This document shows, piece by piece, positions 41,301 through 54,557 of a stretch of DNA of 64,000 nt. This DNA comes from Guillardia theta CCMP2712 (Eukaryota > Protista > Cryptophyta). A model generated the notes under the pieces. It was not told where the DNA came from. It worked only from the letters and a program-made list of their open reading frames with translations, and did no database searches. The stretch is taken from NCBI RefSeq assembly GCF_000315625.1, contig NW_005434655.1, forward strand, positions 43,899 to 107,898, in the 5' to 3' direction. Each line of letters starts with the position of its first letter. The stretch's first letter is position 1. The position numbers and the translations under genes are program-made.

Positions 41301-42265
41301 TCAGCATGAGGAGCTCTGACTTGCCTCCACAGGTCATCTCTAGAGCCAAGAAGATGATGGAGTCGAAGATCCAAGAGCTCTCCCTGCTCCCAGATTCTCC
41401 GTGCACTGAGGAGGTCAGGACTTGGCTGGCTGGAGCAAGTTGAAACTCAAACCTTCTGCAAGTTTGTCTTGTCGCAACTCGAGAAGGAGCCTGACTTCAA
41501 TCGATACCTCGTCCTCCAGCGACGATGGAGAGGTCTTCCTCCTGCTCCTTCTCCTGCTCCTTCTCCTGCTCCTTCTCCTTCTCCTTCTCCTGCTCCTTCT
41601 CCTGCTCCTCCTCTCACATCTCCTCACTCAGCCTGGTGCATCAAGCAGCTTACTTTCTGGTAGATCTTGAAGTTCGCTTCCTGGAGGTGGAGCTGCTGGA
41701 TGTAAATAATCCCCCCCCCCCTTCTCTCCTCTCCTTCTCCTGTTCACCATCTCTCTCAGGGTAAAAACTTCCCTCGGATGGATTCCACCGCCTTTGGAGG
41801 ATACGCTGATCCATATGTCAAGGTACGTCTCCCTCCTCCCTGCCTCTCCATCCCAACCACACCTCTCCTCCGCCCTCCTCCCTTTCTGTTTCCTTCTCGT
41901 CCGTCGCCGCTCCCCATCGTGGTCCTCCCAGCAAAACTTCACTGTGTTCTCCCCTCCTCTGTCAAGTTTCGTGGGCATTCCTCTGAACTGCCTTCCTGCG
42001 TCTTTCAGCTCACCCTGAGGAACGAATATCCTCTGGACGAGGGAGGAGTAGGGAGGAGTGGGCTGCTGAAGGTGAGCGTTCCCCGAGCTGTCCTGCTCTT
42101 CCAGCTGAAGGAATTGGGGGGAGGCGTTGAAGAATCAGTTCCCACAAGACGAGGAGGAACGACAGCAGCTGCTCCGTGACTCATGGTAAATGATTTTCAA
42201 CTCCCTGATTACTACTCCTCATCGCCTGACGACTTCAATCCCCCCTCAATGCTCCTTCTCTTGCT

Positions 42266-42331
<66 letters not shown>

Positions 42332-43287
42332 CCTGCGCCTTTCCTCCCCCCCCCCCCCCCTTTCGGCCCTCCGCAATTGCCTCTCCTCCTTCCACAGCTG
42401 GACATCAAGACCCGTGGAGTCAGCGACGTGCTGGAAGGCGAGAGGCGAGTCTTGGCTGACCATGAAGCTTGTGACCTGACGGGACGGCTCAGACCCAGTC
42501 TGGAATCAGAGGATGGAGATTACCCTGGTCTCGGGCTCGGTACCTGCCCTTGCTGCCCATGTCGGAAGAGGTGAAAGTGGACCTGGCAGGTGGACTACGA
42601 GGGGATCTGGTGCAACGTCGCTGCTCCCTTCCACGTCCTTTGCGTGGAGGTAGGGGGGCATCCAGACTGTTGTAGCGATCTCAGCAGTTGTCCAGGTGTG
42701 GGATCGGGACTTTCCGAGGTTCCTCAATGGCGAGAGGATCGCATCCTTGGAGGTCCTGCGCGCGTCCTCCCGTCCGCACCTCCTACTTCCCCCTTCCTCT
42801 CAACGTTTTCCTCCCTCCTCCCTCCTCCCTCCTCCCCCCTCCTCCCTCCTCCCTCCTCCCTCCTCCCTCCTCCCTCCTCCCTCCTCCCTCCTCCCTCCTC
42901 CCTCCTCCCTCCTCCCTCCTCCTTCATCTTCTGCTTCTTGCGTGACCTGTCCACTGTCGGCCTCAGATCCCGCTGGCGAGACTGATGGATGGGCGTTCGC
43001 ACATGCACTGCATTTCCTTTCCATGGTAGCCGATCCTCGTCCTACTCGTCCTCGTCCCGGCATCCTTCTCCTCCTCCTTCTCCTCCTCCTTCTCCTCCTC
43101 CTCCTCCCGGAGTCGTTCCTCTCCTTCTCCATGACTGACTGTCACCTCAAGGCCAGAGAGCGCTCGGCATCACAGCGAGGTACCTGAGGCCCTCGTTCCT
43201 CTCTGAACTCCGAAGCAGCTGAGAGTCTTTGAGCAGAGCAATGACGACAAGGGCACCATCTCCATCAAACTCCAATGGATCAGCTAA
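38347..43287 (+). CDS. Saposin-like + TB2/DP1/HVA22 (REEP) + C2 domain protein, many exons (5' end uncertain)
   Basis: Spliced by eye: CSLCDEVVNHIL...CEDLCPFKFRRCVDMCEKLIKSITTSSKFPCEAIGACP; SIRAIETKGGDDDRQWLTFWVIYFIFSMVERF...LPVYYEVK...GARWCY; GKNFPRMDSTAFGGYADPYVK...PVWNQ...EVWDRD...KGTISIKLQWIS-stop. Confidence 0.7.
42813..42922. repeat. Intronic 7-mer (CCTCCCT)n repeat
   Basis: Directly visible. Confidence 0.85.
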
Positions 43288-44589
43288 GAGCTGACGAGAG
43301 CATCTGATCGGGTAGCCGGGCCGCAATGACTCCCCGGAGGCTCAGTTGGCAGGGCCGGGGTGATCACTCAGTAGCTCCGAGTATCACTCGGATGATGATG
43401 ATCAGCCGACTATCATGGCAAGTGACTAGTAGATGTACGGTCTTTGATCGAATCAATGAAACTTGAATGGGCGTCATATGATAGTATCGGGCACCCAACT
43501 TGAAGCGCGTGCCCGTGGCCACAGTGATCCGATATGACAACTTGACTCGCTGATTTCCAACCTGAGATAGTCTCAGGACTATCTCATGGGCCGCCGCCCC
43601 GGCCCTGACTCTTTTTATTGACTGAAAAAGAAGGGGCAAACCGGAGTAAACAAAGGAGGCGGAGGATAAACCCTACAAACCCGCCTCAATAAAATACTAG
43701 GAAACGAAGGAGGCAGCGAATGCCCTGACTCAGTAGTACGGTCCGTCAGCGGGACCGGACCGCACTGGAGCTGGCCTGGTACGTAGAAACGTTATTGACA
43801 GTTACAAGGGGTTTTGCCTGTTTTTTTATTAAATCATTTTTAAAAAGTATTTAGTTTTAAGTTCTCTCTCTGGTAATACGATGTGTACAATGTTCAGAAA
43901 ATCAACTCTAAAAACAAAATCTTAAAATACAATTAGTATGATGACATGCCAACCCAGAGGTCTTAGCATTTTGTATGAAAATAGGTATCAAATCTATGGT
44001 CACCTAGGACTTCAGCATGTATCAGAAGTGTACTAGGAAAAATATCAGCTGATAGAGATTTTTCGTACGAGGTCATAGGAAATTGATAGATACCGTAGAG
44101 GTCGCGGTGAAATGCAAAGACGATGTTGGGATGGGGTAGGATAACAATATTGTCATGTTGAGGAGAGAGGGAGAGCGACGAGAGGTGTTGTGATGCTAGA
44201 AGAGGCACCTTGGAGACTGTAATGTAAGACTTGGTTCCTGGAGCGTTGATGAGAGGTGTTGCCCGATCACAGATGGTCCGATGATGATTTGGTAGGATAT
44301 GTTGGGTGGAGAAAGTATGTCACGTGGAATGCGATTCTGGATGTGCTGAGTTCTCAACAATGGAAGAGATAGTTTGAAATCATGTTATGAGCAAGAGGCG
44401 ATTTTGTGCCAGAGATAGTAGTGAGGAAAATGAATACCGAAAAGGCTGTTTGTCTGAATCTAGATAACACGTTTACCTGTAATGGGGATGCTCCATGGGA
44501 AAACGAATTGAGTTTTTCTTCAGGTTAATGTTCATGCAGAAAGAACAGCGCGAAACACGAACGGTGTATGCTCTGATACAATAGGTCAA

Positions 44590-45600
44590 ATGGATTCATC
44601 TAGTTTGTTGTCTGCGCTCAGCTCAAGCTGTAAAAGGGTTAGAGCGGCCTGTGCGATTGCTCCGGATCAGGGCGAGCATGTTGAAGACGAGGGCTCCTGC
44701 GGGCTGCTGGACATTCAAGAAGATCTCATAGTGGTCATCATGCGACACGCCGATGCGAGGGCGTACGGACGGCTCAGTGCATCATGCAAGGAGCTGCAAC
44801 GCAGATGCGAGCTTCACCAGGCTGTGCTGTTCCGGCACTACCTCATGTCGAGCTTCGACGTTCTCTTCGGAGAGACGGAGGTCTGCTGGGACTCTGGGTA
44901 CGCGCTGGTAAAGATCGCGATCCCCTCCCTCACCCTCGTCATGGAGATCCGAGGGAAGTCATGTGCCGTGAGCTGCGACGGGTACAGGAAGGAGCTCACG
45001 GCGACGCAACGGCCGTGGGACGGGGACACGGGCTCGATACAAGAGATGATGTTTGGCTTCGTGGGCAAGAAGTCGTGCAGTTACAAGCAAGCATTCAGGG
45101 AGTGCGTGAGCATGCGCACTAGCTCGAGCTTCACCGAGCTGAAGAACGATCTAGACTCCTTCTCCTCGCAGACCCGCGCGCTCATCAGGACGATCCATGG
45201 CCTGCGCGGTCAGTCGCGGGAGATCTCCGTCTCTCTCCAGAAGTGCGAGGCCCGTAAGAAGAGGAGCGAGCAGCTCGAGCTCCTGGAGCGGGCTCGCCAA
45301 AGGTCTGGCGGGCAGGAGTGGGAACCGAGCGCAGTGAGGTGGGCTCAGAGGGCCCGAGCGGAGGGTGCGGGCCCGGAGGCCAGTGCTCTTGGCTCGTCTG
45401 AGTCACGGAGGGTCTGCGAGAGCCCGGCGGAGACAGCGAGCTACATGAAGCACCTCCGAGGGAGGTTGGCAGAGGTGAGGAAGAAACTCAAGGAGCGGCT
45501 GCAGGACGTGAGTAAGGTCCAACAAGAGATGGCGTCTCGCAGGCTGGGCCTCAAAGACTGTGAACGGAAGCTCAAGATCCTTCAGGACGTCGCTGCCTGA
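44590..45600 (+). CDS. F-box-like protein with a C-terminal coiled coil (intronless)
   Basis: 336-aa ORF with GC3-rich codons. LLDIQEDLIVVIMRHADARAYGRLSASCKELQR resembles an F-box. Confidence 0.65.
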   Translation: MDSSSLLSALSSSCKRVRAACAIAPDQGEHVEDEGSCGLLDIQEDLIVVIMRHADARAYGRLSASCKELQRRCELHQAVLFRHYLMSSFDVLFGETEVCWDSGYALVKIAIPSLTLVMEIRGKSCAVSCDGYRKELTATQRPWDGDTGSIQEMMFGFVGKKSCSYKQAFRECVSMRTSSSFTELKNDLDSFSSQTRALIRTIHGLRGQSREISVSLQKCEARKKRSEQLELLERARQRSGGQEWEPSAVRWAQRARAEGAGPEASALGSSESRRVCESPAETASYMKHLRGRLAEVRKKLKERLQDVSKVQQEMASRRLGLKDCERKLKILQDVAA

Positions 45601-46098
45601 TCCCCCTCCTCTCCGTCCTGCCCAGTTGTAATCTTTTAGCATCGCGATGGGCGTCGAAACGTCCTCCCGACATATTGCTTATGTCGATAGCTGCCGTGCT
45701 CCTTGGTTGCTTCGCTTCGTTGCCTTGGACAGGGCTCGCGCATGATGAGGACCTCGACACTAACCCCTTACTCAGCTCATTTCTTGTTATTGTTTGCAGT
45801 ACAAACTTTCCCCTGATCAGAAATTGGCCTCAACAACTTTCCTCGTGCTCTTCACCTGCCAGGCGGCAGTTGCCCGGCGGCCAGTGAGCTTGATGCTCCT
45901 GGTGGATCAGCCATGTCGCTGCTATGACGGTCGGATCTCTGCCATTGCCGCCCCCCGGCGCTGCTGCCCCCGCTGCTGCCTGTCACAGTGCGGTATGAGT
46001 CGAGGAATTTATTCCATGGCTACCAGTAGTGACAGGGACCGGGGTGGTATGAGTACATTGTGAGGGTGGGGTGGTAAGACCGGTCAGTTGGGGGAACA

Positions 46099-47906
46099 AT
46101 GCTGCGGAGGGAGGAGCGGCGGATGCTGGATAGCCTCAGCAAGAGGTGGAACATGGAGGAGGAGAAGTTCCTGATCAAGAGACAAGCTCCTCCTCCTCTC
46201 CCTCTCACTCGATCTGAGAGTCTGCAGAGGTCCTCTGGTCCGATCCTGAGACTGAGGAGGCAGCAGGATGCGGGGGATGCTGGGAGTGGAGGACAAGGGA
46301 AGATTCAACGACCCTCGGTGCTGAATGAGTACATGGCATTCGCAAAGAACAGGATGGAGAGGCTCAAGGCCTCTGCTCCTGTCCGTCCCTTCCCCTCCTT
46401 GCTCGCCGAACAGAGCGCGATCGAGTTCATGCAGACGTCACAGTGGCAAGAATCACGGAAGAACCCTTACGCGGATGTGGAGGATGCGATCAAGAGGAAG
46501 AAGTCGCGATGGAGGACGAGGAGGATCGTGAACATGGAGCTGAAGAAAAGTTTACCGACCTGCCCTACATCGACCAGGATGACGCTCACATCGTGACAAG
46601 GAAAGCTCGACGGCTGCGACTGGCCATGAGCGAGTTCGGGATGTTGAAGAAGGCGATGATGATACAAGAGGGGATGGAGAGCGCAGAGAACCTGGCAGGT
46701 GGGAAGAACAAGAACGACAGGATGAAGAACATGTCAGAGATGCTCTACAACGCACACGCGGCATGGAAGAAGCTGCAGATGAAGGTGACGAGGGCTGCTG
46801 GCACGGCAGAGGAGGGCGAGGAGGCGGTGAAGCCCAGCGCAAGGAGGGGCCACACGCTGACGCTGGTCAACTCAGCGTACGCGCTGCTGATCGGAGGGTC
46901 ATCGGGGAGAGGCAGCAAGTACTGCAACGCCATGATGAAACTGAACCTGGTGGACTTGTGCTGGGAGAAGGTCGATTGCTTCGGCACGAAGCCACCGGCT
47001 CGCTCCTACCACACAGCCCTGCTGTCGGACCAGGTGAAGGTCATTGTGTTCGGGGGGACAGGGAAGCAGGGCAACCTCAACGACTGCTACGAGCTCAACG
47101 TGTTGGAGATGCGTTGGAGCATCCTCTTCCAGAGCGGCGACGTCCGTCCCTCGCCAAGGCACGGCCACACCATGACACAGACGTCGCAGGAAGAGGTGGC
47201 GATCCTCTTCGGTGGAGCAGGAGCAGGCTTCTTCAACGACCTCTTCCTCTTCGACTGCAGGACGGGACGGTGGTCGCTGCCTCCTCAGCATGGCGCCCCC
47301 CCGGCCCCCCGCGCCTTCCACTCGACCTGCGCGCTGGACCGCAACAACCGCATGTTCATCTTCGGAGGGCAGAACGGCTCCGCCAACTTCAACGACATGT
47401 ACGATTTCGACATGGAGACGATGACTTGGACTTTCGTGCAGACGACCGGCATCCTCCCCTCCCCCCGGTGGGGCCACAGCGCGGTGGTGCAGGGGATGGA
47501 TACGATGATCGTGTTCGGAGGGGCAGGTGATCAGTTCTTCAACGACGTCTTCCTTTACAACCTCTTTGGATCCTCCTGGAAGTTCGCCCATGGCCCAGGT
47601 GAGGCCCCTGCTGGGAGGTGGGGCCATTCTTGCATCATGCACGGGGAGTCTGCGGCCCTGTACATCTTCGGAGGGTGCAGCAAGCACGCGGCCTCTGAAG
47701 ATGACACCTTCCAGTTCAACCTGCTGATGATGCAGGTGGACGAGACGGCCAGGCAGCGAACTTCGTCCAGGAAGGTGCTCGATGGGCTGCAGTCTCCGGA
47801 TACAGAGCACTCCTCGGCGTCAGCTCAAGTCCAGCTGCATGCAGACTGGACAAAGATGCACGCGGACAACGAGAGGAGATGGTCGGCAAGATCGAGAGTT
47901 CCTTAG
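46099..47906 (+). CDS. Kelch-repeat beta-propeller protein with an apparent frameshift near 46548
   Basis: Six Kelch repeats: PSARRGHT..IGG, PPARSYHT..FGG, PSPRHGHT..FGG, PAPRAFHS..FGG, PSPRWGHS..FGG, PAGRWGHS..FGG. The N-terminal part lies in another frame (ORF 46099-46596). Confidence 0.85.
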
Positions 47907-48069
47907 AAGAATAATGGGGCGGGGAGGAAAAGCAGGGAGAGGGAGTGGGGGGAGAGGGCGGAGGATAGAGAATCATGGATCCAGAGCGTCTCTTAGAGAC
48001 GATGGTCCATTGTAGAATACAAGATGCGACATGAAGTCGTTGACCGCAACTTCCACCTGCTCCCGAATG

Positions 48070-51000
48070 TCAGCTGGAGGGAAAAAGAGGAACGAGTCGT
48101 GAATCCCACGTGCTATCGTCCTCGCTGACACTCCCTCTCATGTCTACAAGCTCCAATCGCTCCAGCGACTTGGCGGCTTGCAGAATATCAAAGGCTCCGA
48201 CGCACCCGAACTTGTTGTCTGGAGGACGAGGTGAGAGGAGATAACGCGTGAAGGGAGCGATAGGATTATGGAATGTTAAGATGGGTGAAGCAAGCAAACA
48301 TGAGCAAGTGATGATGAGAGTAGAAGGGAATAAAACAGCACTGTCATTACCTGTGAGAATCAGTTCCTCGAGAAACGAGAACCTCTGGATGATTTCTGCG
48401 ACCACTTTAGCGCACCTCTTGTCGATACAAGTATTGCTCAAGTTGAGCTCCTTCAAAGAGTATCCAACAGCCGTGCAAGAAGATGAGGGAGAGGTTGATG
48501 ACGACGACGAGCATCTTCCTGTGTCTACATCGGAGTGTTGAACACACAATCGCTCTTCTTCTTCGAGGCTCTTGAGCAGCATCGCGTATCCTGCCGCTCC
48601 CAGCTGGATCCCATTGAGATGAAGTGTGAGTAGAGGACAACTTTGTGGCCTCAGGAGAGCAACAGCGAGACCAGGAAGAAACCTGAAGAGGACGAGCTAA
48701 GAAATGAGGAAAACATACGAGGGTGCACGGAGCGATTCACTCACAAACATGACTTTGACGTCGGAAGAGCATCTCCTGTTATTCTGAGGTGCCTCACACG
48801 CATTTCCTGGCTGAGCATACGACCGACCTTGTCAAAGTCCCCTGCTCGTTCACTGAAGTCTCAACCACTTGGCCGCCGTTCACAACGACTAAAGTTTCTC
48901 ACCTGCCTCACAGTGGATATCCAAATCTTCATACACCCCTCGAGCTGCTCCAGATTGATCTCCACCCACAGAACCTCCTGACGATCTTGCACATCTCAAT
49001 CCCAACAACGCGATGTCATCCAGATTCCACCCATGCAGCGATAAAGAGGACAGGTTCCCATCGCAACAGAGAGGATGAAAGTGGCTGAGCGGGAAAGTTT
49101 CAAGTGGCTCAGACGTGCTATTATAGTCGCTATCACTTCTCTGATGTGAGACGTTCAGCCTTTGAAGTGCTGTTGCGATGATTGTGACAGGTTGTGAACA
49201 ATGATCGCTCTTCTTCAGAAAGCAACTCGACAGAGTCTCGAAGCAATCTCGATCGAGGAGGTAATTGGAAGAAAGATCTAAAGCCTGAAAGACAAAGATG
49301 CTCAAAAGATATCAATGTACGAAAAGTTTTGTCGTCACCGTAAGTGAAGCTGTAATTTCCGACAACAATAATCGAATCATAGACATTTCGTAGCAACCCA
49401 AATTGTTATCTGAAAGAGTCAACGACTTGATTCCGTAGAGCTTCGCGGAAAAAAGAGACGCCGTGATAAACACGATACCATCAGCAATCTGATTGTCTGA
49501 CAAATCCAATTCTTCCAGCAATGACAACCTGCATGCACTTTCAGAATGTCATGATGGAAAAGATTGTTTTGTTTTTTATTGTCTCCATCCCCTCCTCTGC
49601 TCTGCTGTGATCTGCTTCTTGCTCTCGCTCACCTCGAAATGCCTTTGGAAAGTGCCTCTGCTCCGGCAACTCCGAGCCGCAAACTTACAATGCTCAGTTT
49701 GCGGAGATGCTTCAACGATGGCATCGAAAGAATCTCTGAGATAGACAGACCAGGATCTTCACAGTCGCTGCTGATATGAGGAGGGAGTTGAGATGAGAGA
49801 GAGAGAGATGTAATATCTGTAGTTCTTTCGAAGAGAGCAAGAAAGGTTTCGTGCCCGTTCGCATCCAGGTGACATGTCTGTAGGTCCACCGCCTCCACCT
49901 CCCCTACTCGCATATTCCAGCGGGTTGCAAGCAACATGTCAAGGATAGCAGCTTCTGCTAGTTCAGCATGCTTCAAGGTGACTGTCGGGGTCCCTGGTGG
50001 AAGAGAAAAAGGGATACCGTTCACTTCCTGTTGGGCTTGTGAGCTTTTGATCAGCAGGAAAAGGTCTTGACCTTCAAGTTATGGCAACCGGAGAGATGCT
50101 CTAGTATCAGGCTGCCGGTCTCGTAGCGCAATCTTTGGCAATAACGTCAATCTGTATGGAGCAAAAGGAGAGTGGGAGGAAGAAAGAAGTAGGACGGGGC
50201 GAGAACAAAGAAATAGTTTGAAAACTATACGCACATGGGTAAGAAGAAAATGAACAAGACGGCAAGTAGGAAACATGCATGTAGGAAACATTGACTTAAC
50301 TTTGAACTTATACGAGAAGAAGAGGAAGGGAGAGAGTAAGGGGAAGCGGGAAAGGAAGGAAGGAAGGAGGCCAAGTGGAGAAGAAGAAAGGGGAAGGGGG
50401 AGGATGGACCTGTTGAGACGAAGATCCAAGATCTCGAGCAAGGGAAGCAACTTCAGTGAACAGTTCTCAGCTCTTCCATCTTTCCTTCCAACAGGGCAAA
50501 ACCTCGAGTGCAGGCAAAAGAGAAATCGCTCCCGCATCTCCACACTTGTTTCCTAGAGATCTCTCATTTTCAATTCAATTCCTCCCCCCCTTCTCCCCAT
50601 CTTCCCCATCGTGCATGTCCTACTCACCTCTCAACATCAGCTGGGTCAGAGCCAAAGGTTGCACTTTGGATGCATCCATGATCGCCTGTGCAAAGTCGGA
50701 CATGCTGGCACTTCCCAGTCTGTTGTCGGACAGGTCGAGGACTTGCAAGTTAGACACACTTCTTTGGCGATGCAGGGCATGAGGAAGCGGGCCAGGCTCA
50801 GCGCAGCTTTTTCGCACGAGCCAGCGTCGGAGGAGGAGGCAGAAATTCTCAAAATCCTGACGGCTCATGATTGCAGCATTCCTGGAGAGGTAAATCTCTC
50901 TCAGCTCATGGCTGTGGTCCAAAAACTGCAATCGAGCACTGAGATCAAACGAAAAGCATGCACGGTGAACTCACAGTGAGGAGGAGGCTGGTATCCCACG

Positions 51001-51815
51001 AGGTTCCTTCCCTGTACTCCACACCCTTTCTCTCAAGCATGTCGACGTATCGCGACTCCTCTGCTCCTTTGTTCCCTCTACGCCTCGACAATCCCATCTC
51101 GCTGGGGTACCCTCTAGGGAGCTCGTTCTTGCGATAGGTGCTCATACCGTTCAGTCTTGCTACCCTGATCTTGTCCAGGTGTCCAGCAAGTTGCACGAGC
51201 AGGAGCGCAATGCTGCACTGGGACAGAGCATGAGCTGTGCACACAAAGGCAGAGGAGGAGAGGAGGGGAGGGCTGAGGGGAGGGGTTGGACATGCTTACA
51301 GGTTCTTTGACTCCAACGTTCAACGTCCTCCCATCCTGATCGAAAAGTTTGGCGAGGAGTCTGCTGTTGCTTGTTGGCTGGGACCCGAACTTGCTGTCCA
51401 GCACCCACACAAACTTGGGGATGTCGATCCGAATCTCTTTCACGTGCTGCAACACTCGGTGAAACCTGCCAAGCAGGAAGGAGTGATCTGACCAGCACGA
51501 TAGAGGATTTCTTAGTCATAGATCACCTCCTGCATACACACATTCCCATCATGACTCTTTCTGGGGCGTTGCTGAAGATCGCTATGATCCCCTGTAAGGA
51601 AAAAAGAACGTTTCATGTCCCAAGTACTCACCCTAGTTCCTTACCACCCCATCTTCCTCTCCTCCTCTCCTCCTCTCCTCCTCTCCTCCTCTCCTCCTCT
51701 CCTTCCTCTCCCTCCAGACTTCTCTGCATGTGCCTCCCTCTCAACATGACAACAGCCTCTCCTTCCCGCCATCGCCTCTCGTCACCTCGTCAAGAACCAC
51801 CAAGAGCCCCGCCAT
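48070..51815 (-). CDS. RNI-like leucine-rich-repeat protein, multi-exon (5' end uncertain)
   Basis: Repeated LRRs: LREIYLSRN, LQVLDLSDNRLG, LEILDLRLN, LEELDLSDNQIADG, LTLSDNNLG, LDLSSNYL, LKELNLSNTCI, DNKFGCVGA. Confidence 0.75.
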
Positions 51816-52310
51816 GTCTTCCACAAACTTGCGACCGAACTCAGGTCATCCAAAAACTTCGCCGGGTCCCGGTCCGAACTTGGAACTGGCGGCCCTGGGC
51901 ACTGGCAAGCGGCCGGGCCCGGCTCATCGGACCCAGAACTTCGGTTGTCGCCGATGAACGTCTAAAGCCTAGGGAAAATTCTCTATGTTACGGTTTCCCG
52001 ATCAACTTTAAACAACTTCACGCCCATGTCGGAGATAATGTAGCATCCCCGCCGACTCCGGGCAGGCGAAACTGCAGTGCGGCGAGCGGCGCCGTGACCG
52101 TCCGATCCGACAGTATTCACTGGAATGATCTTTTATTCAGTACTTGCTATTTACATTCATCAAGCTAGGAATTACAGCGACTCATTCTGAATGAAATCTC
52201 AACAAACCTTGTGCACCATTGGCAACATCGTGCCGCACACTGCGACTGAGACCACACAGACCTCACTCACTGTGACACTTACGCGACCAGGCTGCCGGGA
52301 GGTAGCAAAA

Positions 52311-53309
52311 TTAAGCCTTGCCGGCCTCGATCTTGCTGCTCTGCTGTGCTGCCTGCGCGTGCTCCAGCACGTACGGATTCGTCTCGTCTACCTTCAGCCC
52401 TGACAGCGTGTGGTTCACGTCCCGATGGCATGCCTCGTCCGCTCGCACCGCCAGCATCAAGTCTCTCATGGTCGCCTCCGGCTTGAGGTGCCAGTAGTCG
52501 ATGGCGATCTGAGGGGCGGCCTGCGTCTTCCAGTGTCCCAGGCGCCCGTCGTCGATCGCGTTGATGATGTCCGTGTAGGTCTTCACCGCCTCCTCCTCGA
52601 GGTACCCCACGAACCGATGGCAGAACCGCGGGCTCACCAGGTAGCACAGGAAGAAGACGTTCATGAACACTCCCTGCGTCCCTACGACCGCTGCGCGGAA
52701 GAGAGGCCCCGGCCTGCGGAGCTTGACAAACGTCAGCAAGTGCATGCGCTCGTTCTCCGCCTCCTCCAGCAGCGTGTGGATCCACCCGTGATCACGGTCC
52801 ATGATGCGCAGGGAGCGCAGGTGACGAAGCATGCCCGCCGTCATGCCGGGCACTCCCGCGACGGTCTCGAGGAAGCAGATGCGGTTGATGACCTTGCCCT
52901 CCGTGAGGTTGCCGAAGCGATACCCAGAGAAAGTGTCGAAAGACCACCGCGCTGCCTTCACCGCAGCAAGCGCCACACGGTCGACCATGTCCTCGGGTTT
53001 CTTGTGGGTCTTCTTGATGCTGTTGACCTCCTCCTCGGTCCAGACGGAGTGCTGCATGGGGTTGGCCCAGACCTCCTTGTCGGACACGGCCACCTTGGAG
53101 ACGCCGAGGGGATGGACGTTGGTAGAGGTCTTGAAGTGGACCATGTCATGGACGATGGTGGGGTCTTCCCTGGGGGGACCTCCACGGGCGGAGGCGAGGA
53201 GGCGCTTGAAGGCGAGGGTGTTGATAGCGGAGGCAGAGGAGGAGGAGGCGACAAGAGAGCGGATGGGGAGGGCGGAGAGCCTCGTCGCAGAACGAAGGAG
53301 GGGGAGCAT
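52311..53309 (-). CDS. AOX: Mitochondrial alternative oxidase, copy 1 (intronless, 332 aa)
   Basis: Diiron motifs LETVAGVPG, EAENERMHL, LEEEAVKTY, RADEACH. Mitochondrial-type presequence MLPLLRSATRLSALPIRS. Confidence 0.97.
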   Translation of the reverse strand: MLPLLRSATRLSALPIRSLVASSSSASAINTLAFKRLLASARGGPPREDPTIVHDMVHFKTSTNVHPLGVSKVAVSDKEVWANPMQHSVWTEEEVNSIKKTHKKPEDMVDRVALAAVKAARWSFDTFSGYRFGNLTEGKVINRICFLETVAGVPGMTAGMLRHLRSLRIMDRDHGWIHTLLEEAENERMHLLTFVKLRRPGPLFRAAVVGTQGVFMNVFFLCYLVSPRFCHRFVGYLEEEAVKTYTDIINAIDDGRLGHWKTQAAPQIAIDYWHLKPEATMRDLMLAVRADEACHRDVNHTLSGLKVDETNPYVLEHAQAAQQSSKIEAGKA

Positions 53310-54557
53310 GTTCTATCAGTGAGACAAACGTTGTCGGAGGGGTTATAAATACACCGACTTCCCGACCCCCACCCATCCAATTTTCCAGTCCCACTACATG
53401 TACCCTTTGCTCCATACTTTATCAATTTCACTACCCTATTTTGATAACCCCTACCCCCTTTATTCCATCATTCACATTGGAATGAGTCAGGGCACTGATA
53501 CCCACCTCATTGACCCCCACCCTTTAAATACATAGGGAACCCTACCCTTCATTACACCACCCCCAATGGGAAAGCCAAACAGGCACTTTCCATGTCCAAC
53601 TCGGAGACCCCCACAAAAGCTTACCCACCCCCATCGATACATACCCCCGAAAACTAAAATCTAGCATTTGAATTTCCGTCACAATTTGGAATAATGACTG
53701 GTCCTATAACAAATTTGATGACCCCCACCCACTTCGGAGAACCCTACCCCTGAACAAGGATTCTTTGACTCATACAGCATCCCTGTCAGTGACCTGCTAT
53801 GATCGACTGCACGAGCACTACCCTACCCACTACCCCTCCTATGTCTCTGACCCTACCCTAATGTTTTCGCAGGATTTCCTACCACCAGGTCGGGTTCTCG
53901 TCCCCGAAGTCCCAAACACTGAGAAATCTCAGGGTGGTAACCCCTACCCATTCGAAACAGCAGAAAGGTACCGGTGATAGTAACGTGATTGTCACTGACC
54001 AGATACGTTTCGCGTCCGTTCCTTGCGTCCTGAGGGCAAGGGGGTATACCCCTACCTACCTTTTTACTTCAAATACTTGGGTAGCAAATCCAGGATGGGT
54101 GGAGGTCAGCAAGGCAAGGGTGTGTAGCTGTCAGCCCGATTACGGTGGGGTCATTTGTCCTACCCACCATGGGAATCGAGGAAAGTTGTTTGATATTTGA
54201 GGGGTCTAAGGATACACCGGTGGTATTGATCACCCCTACAATAAAACTTGGATAAGTATTTATGCACCACGGGTGTTATTTCCCTTGGACGGGAGGGTTT
54301 CACATCACCGGTACTTTGAGGGGGTAGAGCAGGGGTACTTCATGACCGGCTTTATCCCAAAAAAAAATCCCAAGCTCTCTTGGCTGAGATACCCTAATCT
54401 CGGTCAGCATACTACAAAGTACCCGGTACTAGCCTGAGGATATGGCAGAGAAATACACCGGTGCAAAAAGGACCCACCCATGATGCTCCTAGTCCCCCCG
54501 CCCCCCTGTCGGAGCAAGTAAAAGTTGCGAGAAAGAAAACCAACGCTTCACTCGACC
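53310..54557. promoter_or_regulatory. Putative bidirectional promoter of the AOX pair, rich in TACCC/GGGTA
   Basis: Lies between two divergent ATGs. TACCC(C) dominates the left part and GGG(G)TA is more frequent on the right. Palindrome GGGGTATACCCC at 54041-54052. Confidence 0.55.
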
